DNA of 64,000 nt, taken from Octopus bimaculoides. Taxonomy: Eukaryota. Both the position numbers and the translations under genes were made by a program. The stretch lies in assembly GCF_001194135.2 (NCBI RefSeq), contig NC_068990.1, forward strand, positions 24,487,171-24,551,170, in the 5' to 3' direction. This document shows, one piece after another, positions 1-11,834 of this stretch (its first letter is position 1; each line of letters opens with the position of its first letter). A model generated the notes under the pieces. It saw only the letters and a program-made list of their open reading frames with translations, searched no databases and had not been told where the DNA came from.

Positions 1-6
1 TATATA

Positions 7-75
<69 letters not shown>

Positions 76-88
76 GTATATATATATG

Positions 89-127
<39 letters not shown>

Positions 128-130
128 ACA
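1..130. repeat. Compound (TA)n/(CA)n microsatellite
   Basis: Direct reading. It explains the YI/HT-repeat ORF at 10-198. Confidence 0.95.
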
Positions 131-1397
131 CGTACGTACGTAGGAGCGTATTTACAGACAGACAAGCAGACACGTACAGGATGCATATACGAACGTAGAA
201 AGCAAGATCAATTCTTGAAACTTAAGTCAGAGCTAGCAAGTTTTTGAAATCAGAGACATTCAATTCAGGTAGAGGATAAATACAGCGTTTACGTACCCTC
301 TTTCCAGCTGAGTCTCATAAAAAATGTTTTAAATCGTCTGTGTTAATCATGAACTGCACAAAGTAAACGACTCTGATTTATAATAATATAAACAGCAAAT
401 TCTCTAACGTATTTCCTTTAAGTTTCCATTAATAAATGCGCGCATACACACACACATATGTGTCTATGTACCTTCATAATTCAAGTAAAGTCGTGAGTCT
501 GTGAAATCACTCGGGTTATCGCAAAAAGAAAAGGAACCGCAAGTAAAAGATATTCCATACGGAACTCGATACTGCATACCATCAAATTTAGTAACTAAAT
601 TTAATTTTATTCAACTTTATTTTGGTTTAAACCTCAAACCATTAAACTTAGAAGGATATGGAGTTAAACGTTCAAAGTTTAAATGTCAATATTTCTATGT
701 CTGAAACAGCAATATTGTTTAACATAAATATTCAAATGAATGAAAATGTGAGTGTTGCTTAGCTTCATGATATCCCGGTTTATACAGACCTATGACTAAA
801 GGCTATTCGAACATAATTACCACGTTGTATTAAGGAAAAGTAGGAGCACGTTGTTACATTATGTTTCCCTTAACACGGTTAGTAGCGAGCGATTTGGTGA
901 AATTTTGGTTACTACTTTTAGCAGTTTGAACATCCTCCTGGAGGGTCCATCGTGTTGTCAATTCACAAAAATGTTTTAAACAGCCTTGGACTGGAACCAA
1001 ATCAATGTTTTTATAAGCGAAGCAGTTTCTCTTTCCCATATCGTGATTATTCTGTCCGTTATTGTTTACATAAACAATCGATTTCCTATTTATTTTGTTT
1101 ATACAAAATGTCATTCTGCGTAGTCAAAATAGAAAAATGCTTACACAGACTTTTTACGTAACAAAATTATTAAGAATTTAAAACATAGATTTCCAAATTT
1201 ATTGTTTGTTAAACATGTAAAACTGACAAGATTCACAAAACTATTGGATTTGTCTTAACAGAAAAAAATATTCTTATCTTTCTGAATGTGTTACTAGTTT
1301 GAAATTTAAACTCTTCATGAATTATGACATCACAATACGGAGATGCTTATCATTATTATTCTTCGTTGTATTAAGATGGCGTTGTATTAAGAAATAT

Positions 1398-1542
<145 letters not shown>

Positions 1543-1545
<3 letters not shown>

Positions 1546-1943
1546 TATATCTAGTTTCAGCCCAGGAGCTGTGGCCATGCTGGGGCACCGCCATTTGGTG
1601 TTGCTACATAATTTTACTTCACGAACGCTTTTTAGGAATTGACATTTGGTGCATGAGGGAGTTTGATGCAGCTGCCCTCATCTGCACCTTCTGCCGCGAA
1701 GTTGGCTGATCTGGGACACTTGACAGTAAGAGGTCCAGCTTTATTTTGAAGACATCTACACCCACCCCATGCAGGTTCCCCAGGCCCTTCGGGAGGATAT
1801 TGAAGAGCTGTGAACCTCTGAACCCCAGGCTATTGCAGTATCTTGTCCCATGTCTTGATGTCAAATTTGTAGTCCTTGACACTATGCAGTGGCGCCCAGT
1901 TCTAGTATTTGTGTAATTCTCGATGCCAAAGTTTGGGACATAC

Positions 1944-1945
<2 letters not shown>
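1543..1945 (-). mobile_element. 5'-truncated CR1/L2-group LINE: end of RT ORF plus 3' UTR
   Basis: Minus translation YVPNFGIENYTN.RTGRHC...RHGTRYCNSLGFRGSQLFNILPKGLGNLHGVGVDVFKIKLDLLLSSVPDQP...AASNSLMHQM resembles the CR1-like C-terminus (RG..LFN.LP...FK..LD.FL..VPD.P). Stop at about 1619, then a short UTR ending in an A-rich tail. Confidence 0.8.
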
Positions 1946-1983
<38 letters not shown>

Positions 1984-2504
1984 TGAAAATTAGAGGTAAT
2001 ACTTGACAATTGTAAGCACCTGTGTATTCCAGCTAGTGGTTGCGGTGAAGGAATAAATTGTAAATCCAAAAGAATGAATCGTCGCAAGGTATGGAAGGTT
2101 TTCGAAGGACCGGAGAGATTATGTCCGGGTGGAGAATTATACCAGATATAGTACTATACAAAATACCGAAAGGATCTTCACCTCTTACATCACACATTTC
2201 TTCTTACTTCAACGTCGAGATGGTATAATTTCCGGGGAGAGAGATAATTTTTGCGGCTGAAGATAGCTTTACATTGTAGATTATACACATATTATATTAT
2301 GTTATATTATATTATACACATGTAGAGCTTGAAACACGTGTACCGCGGAATCCTTTGTAGTTTTGTTGTTATTTTTTTCTTTTGGATTTACAATTTATAT
2401 ATATATATATATATTTAGTTATTTATTTATTTATTTATTTATATATGTGGTATATTATAAATACACACACATATATATATGTGTGTGTGTTGTATATTAC
2501 AAAT

Positions 2505-2535
<31 letters not shown>

Positions 2536-3069
2536 CATGTGTGCGTGTGTGTGTGTGTGTATGTGTATGTGTGTGTGTGTGTGTGCATGTGTGTGTGCGT
2601 AATGTGAAGAAACAAAAGACCTTGTAATTCAATCCGCAAACATGATTCATGAGCCTAATTCATATTCATCCGATTAGAGATGGACTTAAAGGGCTATTGT
2701 ACATGATTGGTTAAAAATATATGTGTAAAGTAATAGATTTCCGGATGCAGACATACGAACTTTAAAACATGCGTGTATAGGTAAAAATATTGCCGAAAGA
2801 CTGAAGTGGTGATGGAAACGAACCAAAAGATACAATGAGCAGCGAAGTTGAAATTCGGTATAGTAAAAATTAGTTTTAAAAATGTCTGTGTATTTATATA
2901 TTTTTAATCTAACATATACAATTGTCCTTTAAATCCATCTCTAATCGGAGTCATGTTTGTGGATTGAATGACCAGGTCTTTTGTTTCTTCACATTACATA
3001 TTTATATCTTTCGTCTCAAGTTACTCTTGAGCACTTCTAAATCCAAACCTTGAGCACTTCTAAGTGTAT

Positions 3070-3275
3070 ATATCTGTGCTCGCCCTCGCCACTTGACAAC
3101 ATTTGGAGATGTATTTACGTTCACGTAACTAGCAGTTCGGCAAAAGACAACGATAGAATAAGTATCAGCATAAGAGGCAAATAAATACTGGCGTCTATTT
3201 GTTCCAGTAAATACTTCAAGGCATGCTCCAATATGGCTGGAGTCCAATGATCGAATCAAATAAAAGATAAAAGAA
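3070..3275 (+). mobile_element. SINE family B (CORE-type, octopus OR-like), 3' half
   Basis: cttgacaac...gttcggcaaaaga...gatagaataagta...tgctccaatatggc matches the tails at 45560-45775 and 43326-43520. Confidence 0.8.
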
Positions 3276-3817
3276 ACCAACGAAACATATTCATGTCATT
3301 ATGATGTCATTGCTTACAGTAGTACATAACTTATACTGGTTAGGTGTTCTACTTTCACGCGTGTCAAACAAACTCAGAAGCTCCGACGACACCATCCCAT
3401 TTGCCATCTCTCAAATCATACACTTCAGTCTTTAAATAAAGAAATCACATGTTGACTAATATGGATCGAGGTGGCATGAAAATGATGGAATGGTAATGGC
3501 TAAAATGCTACTGCTCATAGATGTCTATCACCGTTGACCTTATGCTAAATAATCTCTTTCTATATCTTAGATGTGTTTACTTGTCCTAACGGTGAATTGA
3601 TACAAACGAATGACTTCTTCGTTCGTTGTCTGGTATCCACTGAGTGCCGTGAATGTCAAAATCATGTGTAGCGTTCGTGTTTTTATCAAATACATTACTG
3701 TGATAAGTTGTTGTTGCTGTTTAACTCCATTTTCAGGTATTATGAATCAAACCCAATATCCAAAAGTATTCTAGCCGTAGCCACCACATCTTTCTGTATA
3801 TCAATAACTACATGTGT

Positions 3818-4170
3818 GAAGGCGGCGAGCCAGTAGAATCGTTAGCAAGGCGGGCAAATGCTTAGCTGCATTTCGTCCGTCTTCCCATTCCGAGTTTAAA
3901 TTCTGCCGAGGTCAACTTTGCCTTTTTTCTTTTCGGGGTCGATAAAAATAAGCACCGGTTGGTCATTGGGGTTGATGTACATAATCTATACCGGTTAGGT
4001 TTTCTACTTTGACGTGTATCAAACAAACTCTGAAGCTCCGATGACACCATCCCATTTGCCATCTCTCAGTCTTTAAATAAGGAAATCACATATCGACTAA
4101 TATAAATCTAGACAGCATGAAAATGCCCCTTCCACTAAATTGCTGGACTTGTACCAAGACATGAAACCAA
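3818..4170 (+). mobile_element. SINE family A (tRNA head, MetaSINE-like central domain), interrupted by a ~150 bp insert
   Basis: gaaggcggcgagc head, B-box gagtttaaattc, central gaggtcaactttgcc...tttcggggtcgataaaaataagcacc. The Meta-domain label is from memory. Confidence 0.85.
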
Positions 4171-4794
4171 TAACTACATGTGTAGTTAATTGTTACAGCT
4201 GTGCAACGTTATTTGAAAGAAATTTAGCTATTATTTGTAGCATATCAAATGAGTACGTTTATTATTCGTTGATTATTCGTTGGCTGACTTTAGATAAATC
4301 TTTTAAATAGTTTCGTGCACGTATCAAAACAACTTCAATGTTTTTATATGGGAAACAATTGTTTATTCCAATGCAATAATTTGTCAATTCGTTATAATTT
4401 ATACATAACCCTCGAATTTCTACTTGTTTACATTATATGCTATGATGACCAGTCAAAACATTGAAACGTCTACACATAATTTTGAAAAACCAAATGATTA
4501 GTAATGTGAAACAGAGCTTTTACAGAATTGTTAAATAAATTGTTTTATATACATAGAAACACTGAAAAAATACACAATTCTTTTTCCAGTTTATATCTGG
4601 GACAGAGTCGTATTAGTACAAAAATTATTCTGCAACCAGTCATAACAAATATACAGCCAATACTTATCTGTAGTGTTCATTAGATTAAACTACAATAAAG
4701 AAAAGACACTGGTCTATTGCCTGAAACTATTCACTACAGAAAAAACAAATCATCAAAACAAACACACGCATTCACACGTTTGTGCGCGTGCGTG

Positions 4795-5008
4795 TACGAG
4801 GGGGTGCTGAAAAGTTCCTGACGTTATAGTCTGGTTGGAGCCCTAATCATCCAAGTTCTTTTGCAGGGCTTAGAAAAACTGAAGGACCGCTGCAATAGGC
4901 GTGTGAATCTAAGAGAAGAATATGTTGAATAAAATCATAATTGACTGATACTGATCCGCCTGTATTTTCTTTTACCCAAAGCCAGGAACTTTTCAGCAAA
5001 CGCTCGTA
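4795..5008 (+). mobile_element. Mariner-derived MITE, family 1
   Basis: TA-flanked TIRs cgagggggtgctgaaaagttcctg / caggaacttttcagcaaacgctcg. The interior reads LQGLEKLKDRCNRRVNLREEYVE*, like a mariner transposase C-terminus. Confidence 0.9.
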
Positions 5009-5071
<63 letters not shown>

Positions 5072-5547
5072 ATACATACGAATTGTAAATACGTTCACGT
5101 AAGTATGTTTCACGACACATATATTTATCCTGGCTGTCATATATAATTTGTCGCTAAACCACACTTAAAAGGTTCGACTGATTATTGTCGTCTTATCAGG
5201 AGTCCGTACACGTGATTTTCCATCAGAGAAAGAAAGTAGCTTGTAACTTGCAGCTTACTTACCAAACATGCAAACAGTAACAGTCACCCATTATACTCAT
5301 TTGTAGATTCAGAGTTAATGGATCTTTTATATTTTAGCCTTTACTGGTTTCATTCATTGGATTGCGACCATGGAGGGTTTTTGTCGAACAAATCAACCTC
5401 AGCACTGATTACATTTTCAGTGTGATACTTATTCTAATCACGATCTCTTATGATGAATGGCTAACTTATAGGGGGTGTAACCAAACCAACAGTGGATGTC
5501 AAATGGAGGGGAACAAGCATAAAAAAACACACAAATAAATATACACT

Positions 5548-5588
<41 letters not shown>

Positions 5589-6419
5589 NNNNNNNNNNNN
5601 NNNNNNNNNNNNNNNNNNNNNNNNNNNNNNNNNNNNNNNNNNNNNNNNNNNNNNNNNNNNNNNNNNNNNNNNNNNNNNNNNNNNNNNNNNNNNNNNNNNN
5701 NNNNNNNNNNNNNNNNNNNNNNNNNNNNNNNNNNNNNNNNNNNNNNNNNNNNNNNNNNNNNNNNNNNNNNNNNNNNNNNNNNNNNNNNNNNNNNNNNNNN
5801 NNNNNNNNNNNNNNNNNNNNNNNNNNNNNNNNNNNNNNNNNNNNNNNNNNNNNNNNNNNNNNNNNNNNNNNNNNNNNNNNNNNNNNNNNNNNNNNNNNNN
5901 NNNNNNNNNNNNNNNNNNNNNNNNNNNNNNNNNNNNNNNNNNNNNNNNNNNNNNNNNNNNNNNNNNNNNNNNNNNNNNNNNNNNNNNNNNNNNNNNNNNN
6001 NNNNNNNNATATATATGCGAAGGGCCTCTATACAATTTCCGTGAACGAAATTTACTCGCAAAACGTTCGCAAGACTCAACACATTTATCCAAGAAGTCGC
6101 ACAGTGGGACATCTTGCCTTCATCTTTTGTGGAAAATTTGTCGATAAATTCACATGTTAATAAATTCATGTTAATAAATTCACATGTGTTAAAAGCATAA
6201 TTTGCCTATAGCCTTTGTGTTGTGTTCTGATAATTACATGTTAATTACATTCAAATTCACATGTGTTAAAAGCATAATTTGACTGATTATTGACTAGAGT
6301 TGAACTGTCGTGGTGCATGCTTTTTTTTTATATTCAGCTCTGAGATGCTTGGCTATATGCTGGGCTGAGCCGATATCTCTTCATGAGAGGACAAAATCGC
6401 AGAACAATAACCTTTGTCT

Positions 6420-6535
6420 TCTTGTTCACTCACAAATCATTGGAGCAGAAAACAGTTAACCAACGAACTACGCAGCGGAACTGAACCCGAAATCGTGTGG
6501 TTGCTAAGCGAGCTTGTTAACCACAGCCGTGCCTG
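6420..6535 (-). mobile_element. SINE family B head fragment
   Basis: cagcggaactgaacccgaaatcgtgtggttgctaagcgagcttgttaaccacagcc matches 43650-43715. Confidence 0.75.
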
Positions 6536-7174
6536 CTACTATGCATATATATATATATATGTGTGGATATTTGAATTTTCAGCTTTTTGTTTAAAATTTC
6601 TTTATGGAATTAAAATAATGTTACTATATATCAGTTGTTTAATCGTGTGTCAAATTCTTTTCTTCTATATATGTAACCACGTTTGCTTTCGATACGATAA
6701 AATCAATAAATTTTCCTCTATATATTATATATTAAAGCATGAGATGAAGTATTGATTATTTTTATGACTTTTTTGTTTTGTTTTTGTTTTTGCCTATAGC
6801 CTTTGTGTTGTGTTCTGATAATTACATGTTAATTACATTCAAATTTTACAATACTACAATGTTACCATATCGCTCTTACATAGTTTGTACTTACTCCTAC
6901 GAAATTCACCAGTTTTTTTTTTTTTTAATCAAAACTGTGTTCAGTATTCTTTTATCTTTAATTTGTTTCAGTCCGTGGACTGCAGTCATGCACTACTCTG
7001 AAGGGTTTTATTCGGAGAAATTGCCCCACCCAGCACTTATTTTTACGCTTGCCACTTATTCAATCGTCACATGGGCTGAATTGCCAAGTTACAATGCTGA
7101 AATCAAACTGAAATCATTTGTCAAGTTGTAAGAGTATAAACACAGACAAGAAGACATACAAAAGTGTATGTACA

Positions 7175-7340
7175 CGACGGGCTTCTTTACCGTCTCCGCC
7201 TATCCAATTTCCTCATAGAGCATTGGTCAGTCCAAGGATATAGTAGAAAACACTTACCCATATTGCCACGCAATGGGACTGAACCCAGAATCATGCGGTT
7301 GGGAAGCAAGCTTCTTAACCTTACAGCTATGCCTGGACTT
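7175..7340 (-). mobile_element. SINE family B, 5' half (tRNA head plus CORE)
   Basis: cgacgggcttcttt...gggactgaacccagaatcatgcggttgggaagcaagcttctt matches 43555-43720. Confidence 0.85.
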
Positions 7341-7429
7341 ATTTAGAATCTTTTTTAATCGGTGATAATGTAACGTGTCATCATTCGCACGCTATATTCT
7401 AATTTTGAGATTAATATTTTATAAATATG

Positions 7430-7600
7430 TACGCCGAGCAAAATATTAGCATCTTTACGTTCTGAGTTCAAATTCTGCCGAGGTCGATTTTGCCTTTCAT
7501 CCTTTCGGAGTCGATAAAATAAGTACCAGTTTAGTTCTGGGGTTGATGTAATCGACTAACACCCCCATCCCGAAATGTGTCAAAATTCGAAATCAACATT
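7430..7600 (+). mobile_element. SINE family A
   Basis: gttctgagttcaaattctgccgaggtcgattttgcctttcatcctttcggagtcgataaaataagtaccag. Confidence 0.9.
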
Positions 7601-7619
7601 TCATAATTTGTCTTTAGAA

Positions 7620-8100
7620 ATCATAAAGCATGCCTTAGTCGCCGAAATCATGAAGTATAGAGTAGACGCCGCAGGCTTCCCTCCCCAGCTTGCGCCAGAG
7701 GGATTAAACCGAGGGGACGGTAAAAGATCTGACGGTATGATTATTTTCCCGTTCTGCGACAGGAGTTCCCTTCATCTGGGATGCCACATGCTGTGTCCCC
7801 CCTCTCCAGCGGCAACTTGGCGGGATCAGCCTCAAGCCCAGGTATAGCTGCTCGTCAGGTTGACAAAAACAAACTGTCAAAGTATCGGTCGCTCTGACAG
7901 GTTAGTCGAGCCTGTGACAGTGGAGACCCCCGGGATCCTTGGTCCTTCCCAGCCCCGAACCATATCCCTGCTCACCGCTATCGGGACAGAGATGGCAATC
8001 CACCAGCGCGAGTCCTTTAGTCAGAGTAGCTGTTACAACGCATCTCCCTCGCTATTCTCGGGCAGCACTTTTTCCATTTTGTCTACAGGAAATTGAGAGA
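7620..8100 (+). mobile_element. Decayed CRE-like (R2-group) non-LTR retrotransposon, C-terminal restriction-like endonuclease region
   Basis: Frameshifted translation AAGFPPQLAPEGLNRGDGKRSDGMIIFPF..IWDATC...PVTVETPGILGP...LLQRISLAIL resembles LEP.GL.R.DGKRPDG...WDAT...P.AVET.G..G...QR.S.AIQRGN. Confidence 0.75.
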
Positions 8101-8494
8101 ATGTCAGAATTTCTTTACAAAAATCCTCCCATTATAGTGGACTAAAGCAAAGCTTTAGTTGTTACACTACTGTGTTGAAGTCCTGTTGTATAAAGCTAGC
8201 ATTTTATTTGATCTTTAGCACACATACAACAGACATGAAACAATTCATCAATTTAATAATTTAGAATCAAATAAAACAAATTGGCAATATCCTTTACCAT
8301 CTTTCATCAAATAACTCTCAGAATCTGAAAATTGTCAACAGCGTTTCTGTAAAATATATTTCCAAAAATTAATCAAAACATTTTGGTTCCTTACCTTGGC
8401 ATGTGACAAAAAGCTTCTTGGAGAATTTTATATTTACAGAAATGGATCAGTTACGTGACGCGCTCTTAGTTTATCAACATGAGACAGTTAAAAT

Positions 8495-8715
8495 GAGGCG
8501 GCGAGGAGCTGGCAGAAACGTTAGCACGCAGAGTAAAATTCTTAGTGGCCTTTTGTCTGTCCTTATATTCTGAGTTCAAATATCACCGGGTTCGACTTTA
8601 CCTTCCATCATTTCAGGTTCGATAAAATAAGTACCTGTTGAGCACTGAGGTTGAGGAAATCAATCTACTTCCTCCCTTGAAAATGTTGGTCTTGAGCCAA
8701 AATTTGAAATCAATG
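8495..8715 (+). mobile_element. SINE family A, near full length
   Basis: aggcggcg..gagctggcagaaacgttagcacg head, B-box, central domain and ...ccaaaatttgaaa tail. Confidence 0.9.
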
Positions 8716-9979
8716 TGAGAGTTGAAATACAAAGTTGACTTACGTAGGATTTGAACGCAAACCCTACAGCGATGAAAGACCAAAAGTAATATACTGAATC
8801 ATGCAAAATAATTGAAATGAAGATTGATATACAGATTTCCCTTGATGAGTCTCTGACGAAATACAAGACGGATACTATTTATGTATGTATATATTACATA
8901 TCGATAGTGTTTATATTATAAATTCTAAAATGGTTTCATGCAAATTTGAACATCAAAACAGGACGAATTAAATCTCAACTGGTGTGCTAATGAGCTTAGT
9001 CATGACAATGCATCAGATTTGATCTTTTGTTACCTTGTAGAACTATACTTTTTGCTCTTTATATTAAAGTAACGATTAAATAAATGAATTTGTTGCATAC
9101 AAAATGCATTAGATACATAATAGAATTTTCTAATATGTAATTTAATCATTGGCTTTCATTATCGTTTTCCTTTATCGTAGTGCAAAGCGTTTTTGTTACT
9201 TAAAGAAGTTTCATGTGTGTAAGAAACAGAAAATCTTACGAATTAATCAATGTTTTAAGCTATTCTCCGTTAATGACCCTAGATAATATTTATATAGTGA
9301 AGTTTCTTGAATATAATTGATTTTTTTACCATCAGAATAGTTATTAAAAAAATCATTTCCACCGTAATCTCGGAATAGCTATTTATAATCTCAGTTTAAC
9401 TAATGGACAGTTTTAAACTATTTTCGGTGTGGAGGTTATATTTGTTTCTTTAACACCATGGAAAATGGTCCTTCATATAAGTAGGAATACAGTGACAGTT
9501 CCTGCTGCTTATTTCATTAGCCAGTGAATTAGTGTCGCAGTTCTTATGAATTGCTTTATAAATGTGATATGTGACTTTAATCTTATTCTGCGAACACTGG
9601 GTACAAATTCTATTTTTATTTTCGAATTTATATACTTACGAAGTCTGTAATTCCTAACCAGTCAGTCTAGTATATAAAGTAATCACATGCCATCTGAAGA
9701 TCGATACTTCGACTAATAACAGGTGAAAACTGTTCTTCGATATCGTAGCTAGTGCCAAATTCATTAGACAGCAATTTACACATTTGTAATAGCTAATATT
9801 GTTTAAATCAACTCTGTTCTAACAGAAAAGCTTTTGGTCAAAGGTATTCCAGCCCCTGACTACTATATTCTTAAATACGTTCTTTGTAATACAGTTGTAT
9901 ATTGAAGAGATGAGGAATTATGTACGTTATATACATTATTTATATTTGACGGATATTTGCCCTCATCTTGTTTGTCGTT

Positions 9980-10025
9980 AACACAATGTTTCGGCTGATA
10001 TACCCTCTAGCCTACTTCAGGTGTC
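9980..10025 (-). ncRNA. Second hammerhead-like motif (degenerate), mirror copy
   Basis: Reverse complement gacac-CTGAAGT-a-ggcta(gagggtatat)cagcc-GAAA-catt-gtgtt. Confidence 0.5.
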
Positions 10026-10080
10026 TTGGTGAAATTTCGAACCTCCTGGGTTCTCATTCTTAAGGGATTTTTCGATATTA

Positions 10081-10112
<32 letters not shown>

Positions 10113-10224
10113 GTTGTTGTTGTTGTTCAGGTCACGGCTTGGAACCGAACTCGGAATCTTGGGGTTAAGAGCGCGGGTTACTAACGCCAAGATTCCGAGT
10201 TCGATTCCAAGCAGTGACCTGAAC

Positions 10225-10272
<48 letters not shown>

Positions 10273-10318
10273 CGACAAATACCTTAGGAATGAGAACTCA
10301 GGTTCGAAATTTCCCCAA

Positions 10319-10364
10319 GACACCTGAAGAAGGCTGGAGGGTATATCAGCCGAAGCGTTGTGTT
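10319..10364 (+). ncRNA. Minimal type I hammerhead ribozyme-like motif (GAAA mutated to GAAG in this copy)
   Basis: gacac-CTGAAGA-a-ggctg(gagggtatat)cagcc-GAAG-cgtt-gtgtt. Stem I is gacac/gtgtt, stem II is ggctg/cagcc, and the stem III region is loopless and palindromic. Confidence 0.6.
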
Positions 10365-10573
10365 AACAACAAACAAGATCAGTGTAAATAATGTAAATAA
10401 TGTACGTACTTTGTATGTCAACAGTGTGTAATAATTTCAGGGTTAATTGGTAAATATATCTAGCGGATCAAGCGAGTAGAATGAAAGGATACCTCATTGA
10501 TTTGTGAGAATCATTCATTCGTTTTCTGACTTAAAATACTCATTAGAAATAAATATCAGCTGTGTTTGTATGT

Positions 10574-10665
<92 letters not shown>

Positions 10666-11834
10666 GAGAGTGAAAGAGAGAGTCTGTTTCCGTCGAGAAT
10701 GGGGACGCCGTAAATGCCATTTAGCACTTCCAGCCTGAGGATGTAGAATCTTCCGTGTAGTTATTCATGTAGATTGTAATAAGTTTTGTTCTGGTTAAGA
10801 GAAAATTGCAGTATGTTTAATGGAAGCAGAATGAGTATTTGTGACATTTAGCCTTCCCAAGAAGCTATCTGTAAAATTAAAATAAATTCGTTTCAGCTAG
10901 CTTGAAAAACCATGTCATGAAATTAATCTGCCGGAAGCTGTTTTTTGATCCTCTGTATCTTCAACGTTTATATATTTTTTCCCAGTGTATCAACTTCTGT
11001 TTTCACGATTGTCTGTGTGACTATTACTTTCAGTTACTGTCAGTTAGTTCCTTCATGCACCGGTATTTACTCATATCAGCGGTTGTTTATTTGTCATTGA
11101 TATACATCACACGTAGATAATGTTATCACTGGATGTAATGTTTGATATGTCCGCTGAAGCATGGCGCATGAAGCATAAAAATTTTACTTCACGTAAATTT
11201 TCTTCTATGTGATGTTTCTTGAGGTTTATCGTGTTCATAAAACATTATAATATAGCATATTTAAACTTCGTCTATGGCTACATTACTTAGTCATAGCAAT
11301 ACCGTAGAAATTTTCATCAAATTTATATAATCCACTTTGTAGAAGTTTGCAGCAACTTAGTCCAATACCGTTGAGTGTATAAAAGATAGCAGACTATGTC
11401 AACACTACAATATAGTTTTACTCTGAAGCTGAAGATAAAATATAATGACTTATAATTTGATATGCAATATCAATATGCTTTTGTTGATAATAAGATACGT
11501 TGTTAAATATGTTAAGAATAGTTTTCCAAAATGTCACAAACTCTCAGTACACAATATTATGATTAATGAAATCTCAAGGTGTTTTATTTAATATCTTTAA
11601 AATTAATAACAATTTTAAAATTATTAATCGCTTCATTATGTTCTGTGATGTCATTCAAATATGCTAACATAAATATTGATTACTTTTGCAGGAAGGATCT
11701 TTAATAGATTTGATAAACACTCTTGTATCACAGGTACCCATTTTATTAACTCCAGTAGTGATGGAAGACGAAGTTCATTCCAGTAGCATTTGATGACAAA
11801 CCGTACAAATATAGTAGTTTCAAATTTTAGTACA

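Larger units (their letters stand above)
9900..10410. mobile_element. Palindromic element: two head-to-head copies of a tRNA-headed, Penelope-tailed repeat
   Basis: 9965-10167 is the near-exact reverse complement of 10182-10379 apart from microsatellite length. Spacer is 14 nt. The centre has ggttaagagcgc..gagttcgattcc (tRNA D-loop remnant plus B-box). Confidence 0.85.

Noticed and set aside
5438-6169. Long ORFs spanning N runs (also about 14.0-14.6k, 27.0-27.4k, 29.4-29.9k, 32.8-35.1k, 44.7-45.9k, 50.4-51.0k, 60.6-61.4k)
   Set aside because: They are open only because N codons give no stops, and the flanks are microsatellites.
10161-10210. Possible tRNA gene (also the SINE heads)
   Set aside because: No acceptor stem or complete cloverleaf. 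These are tRNA-derived repeat heads.
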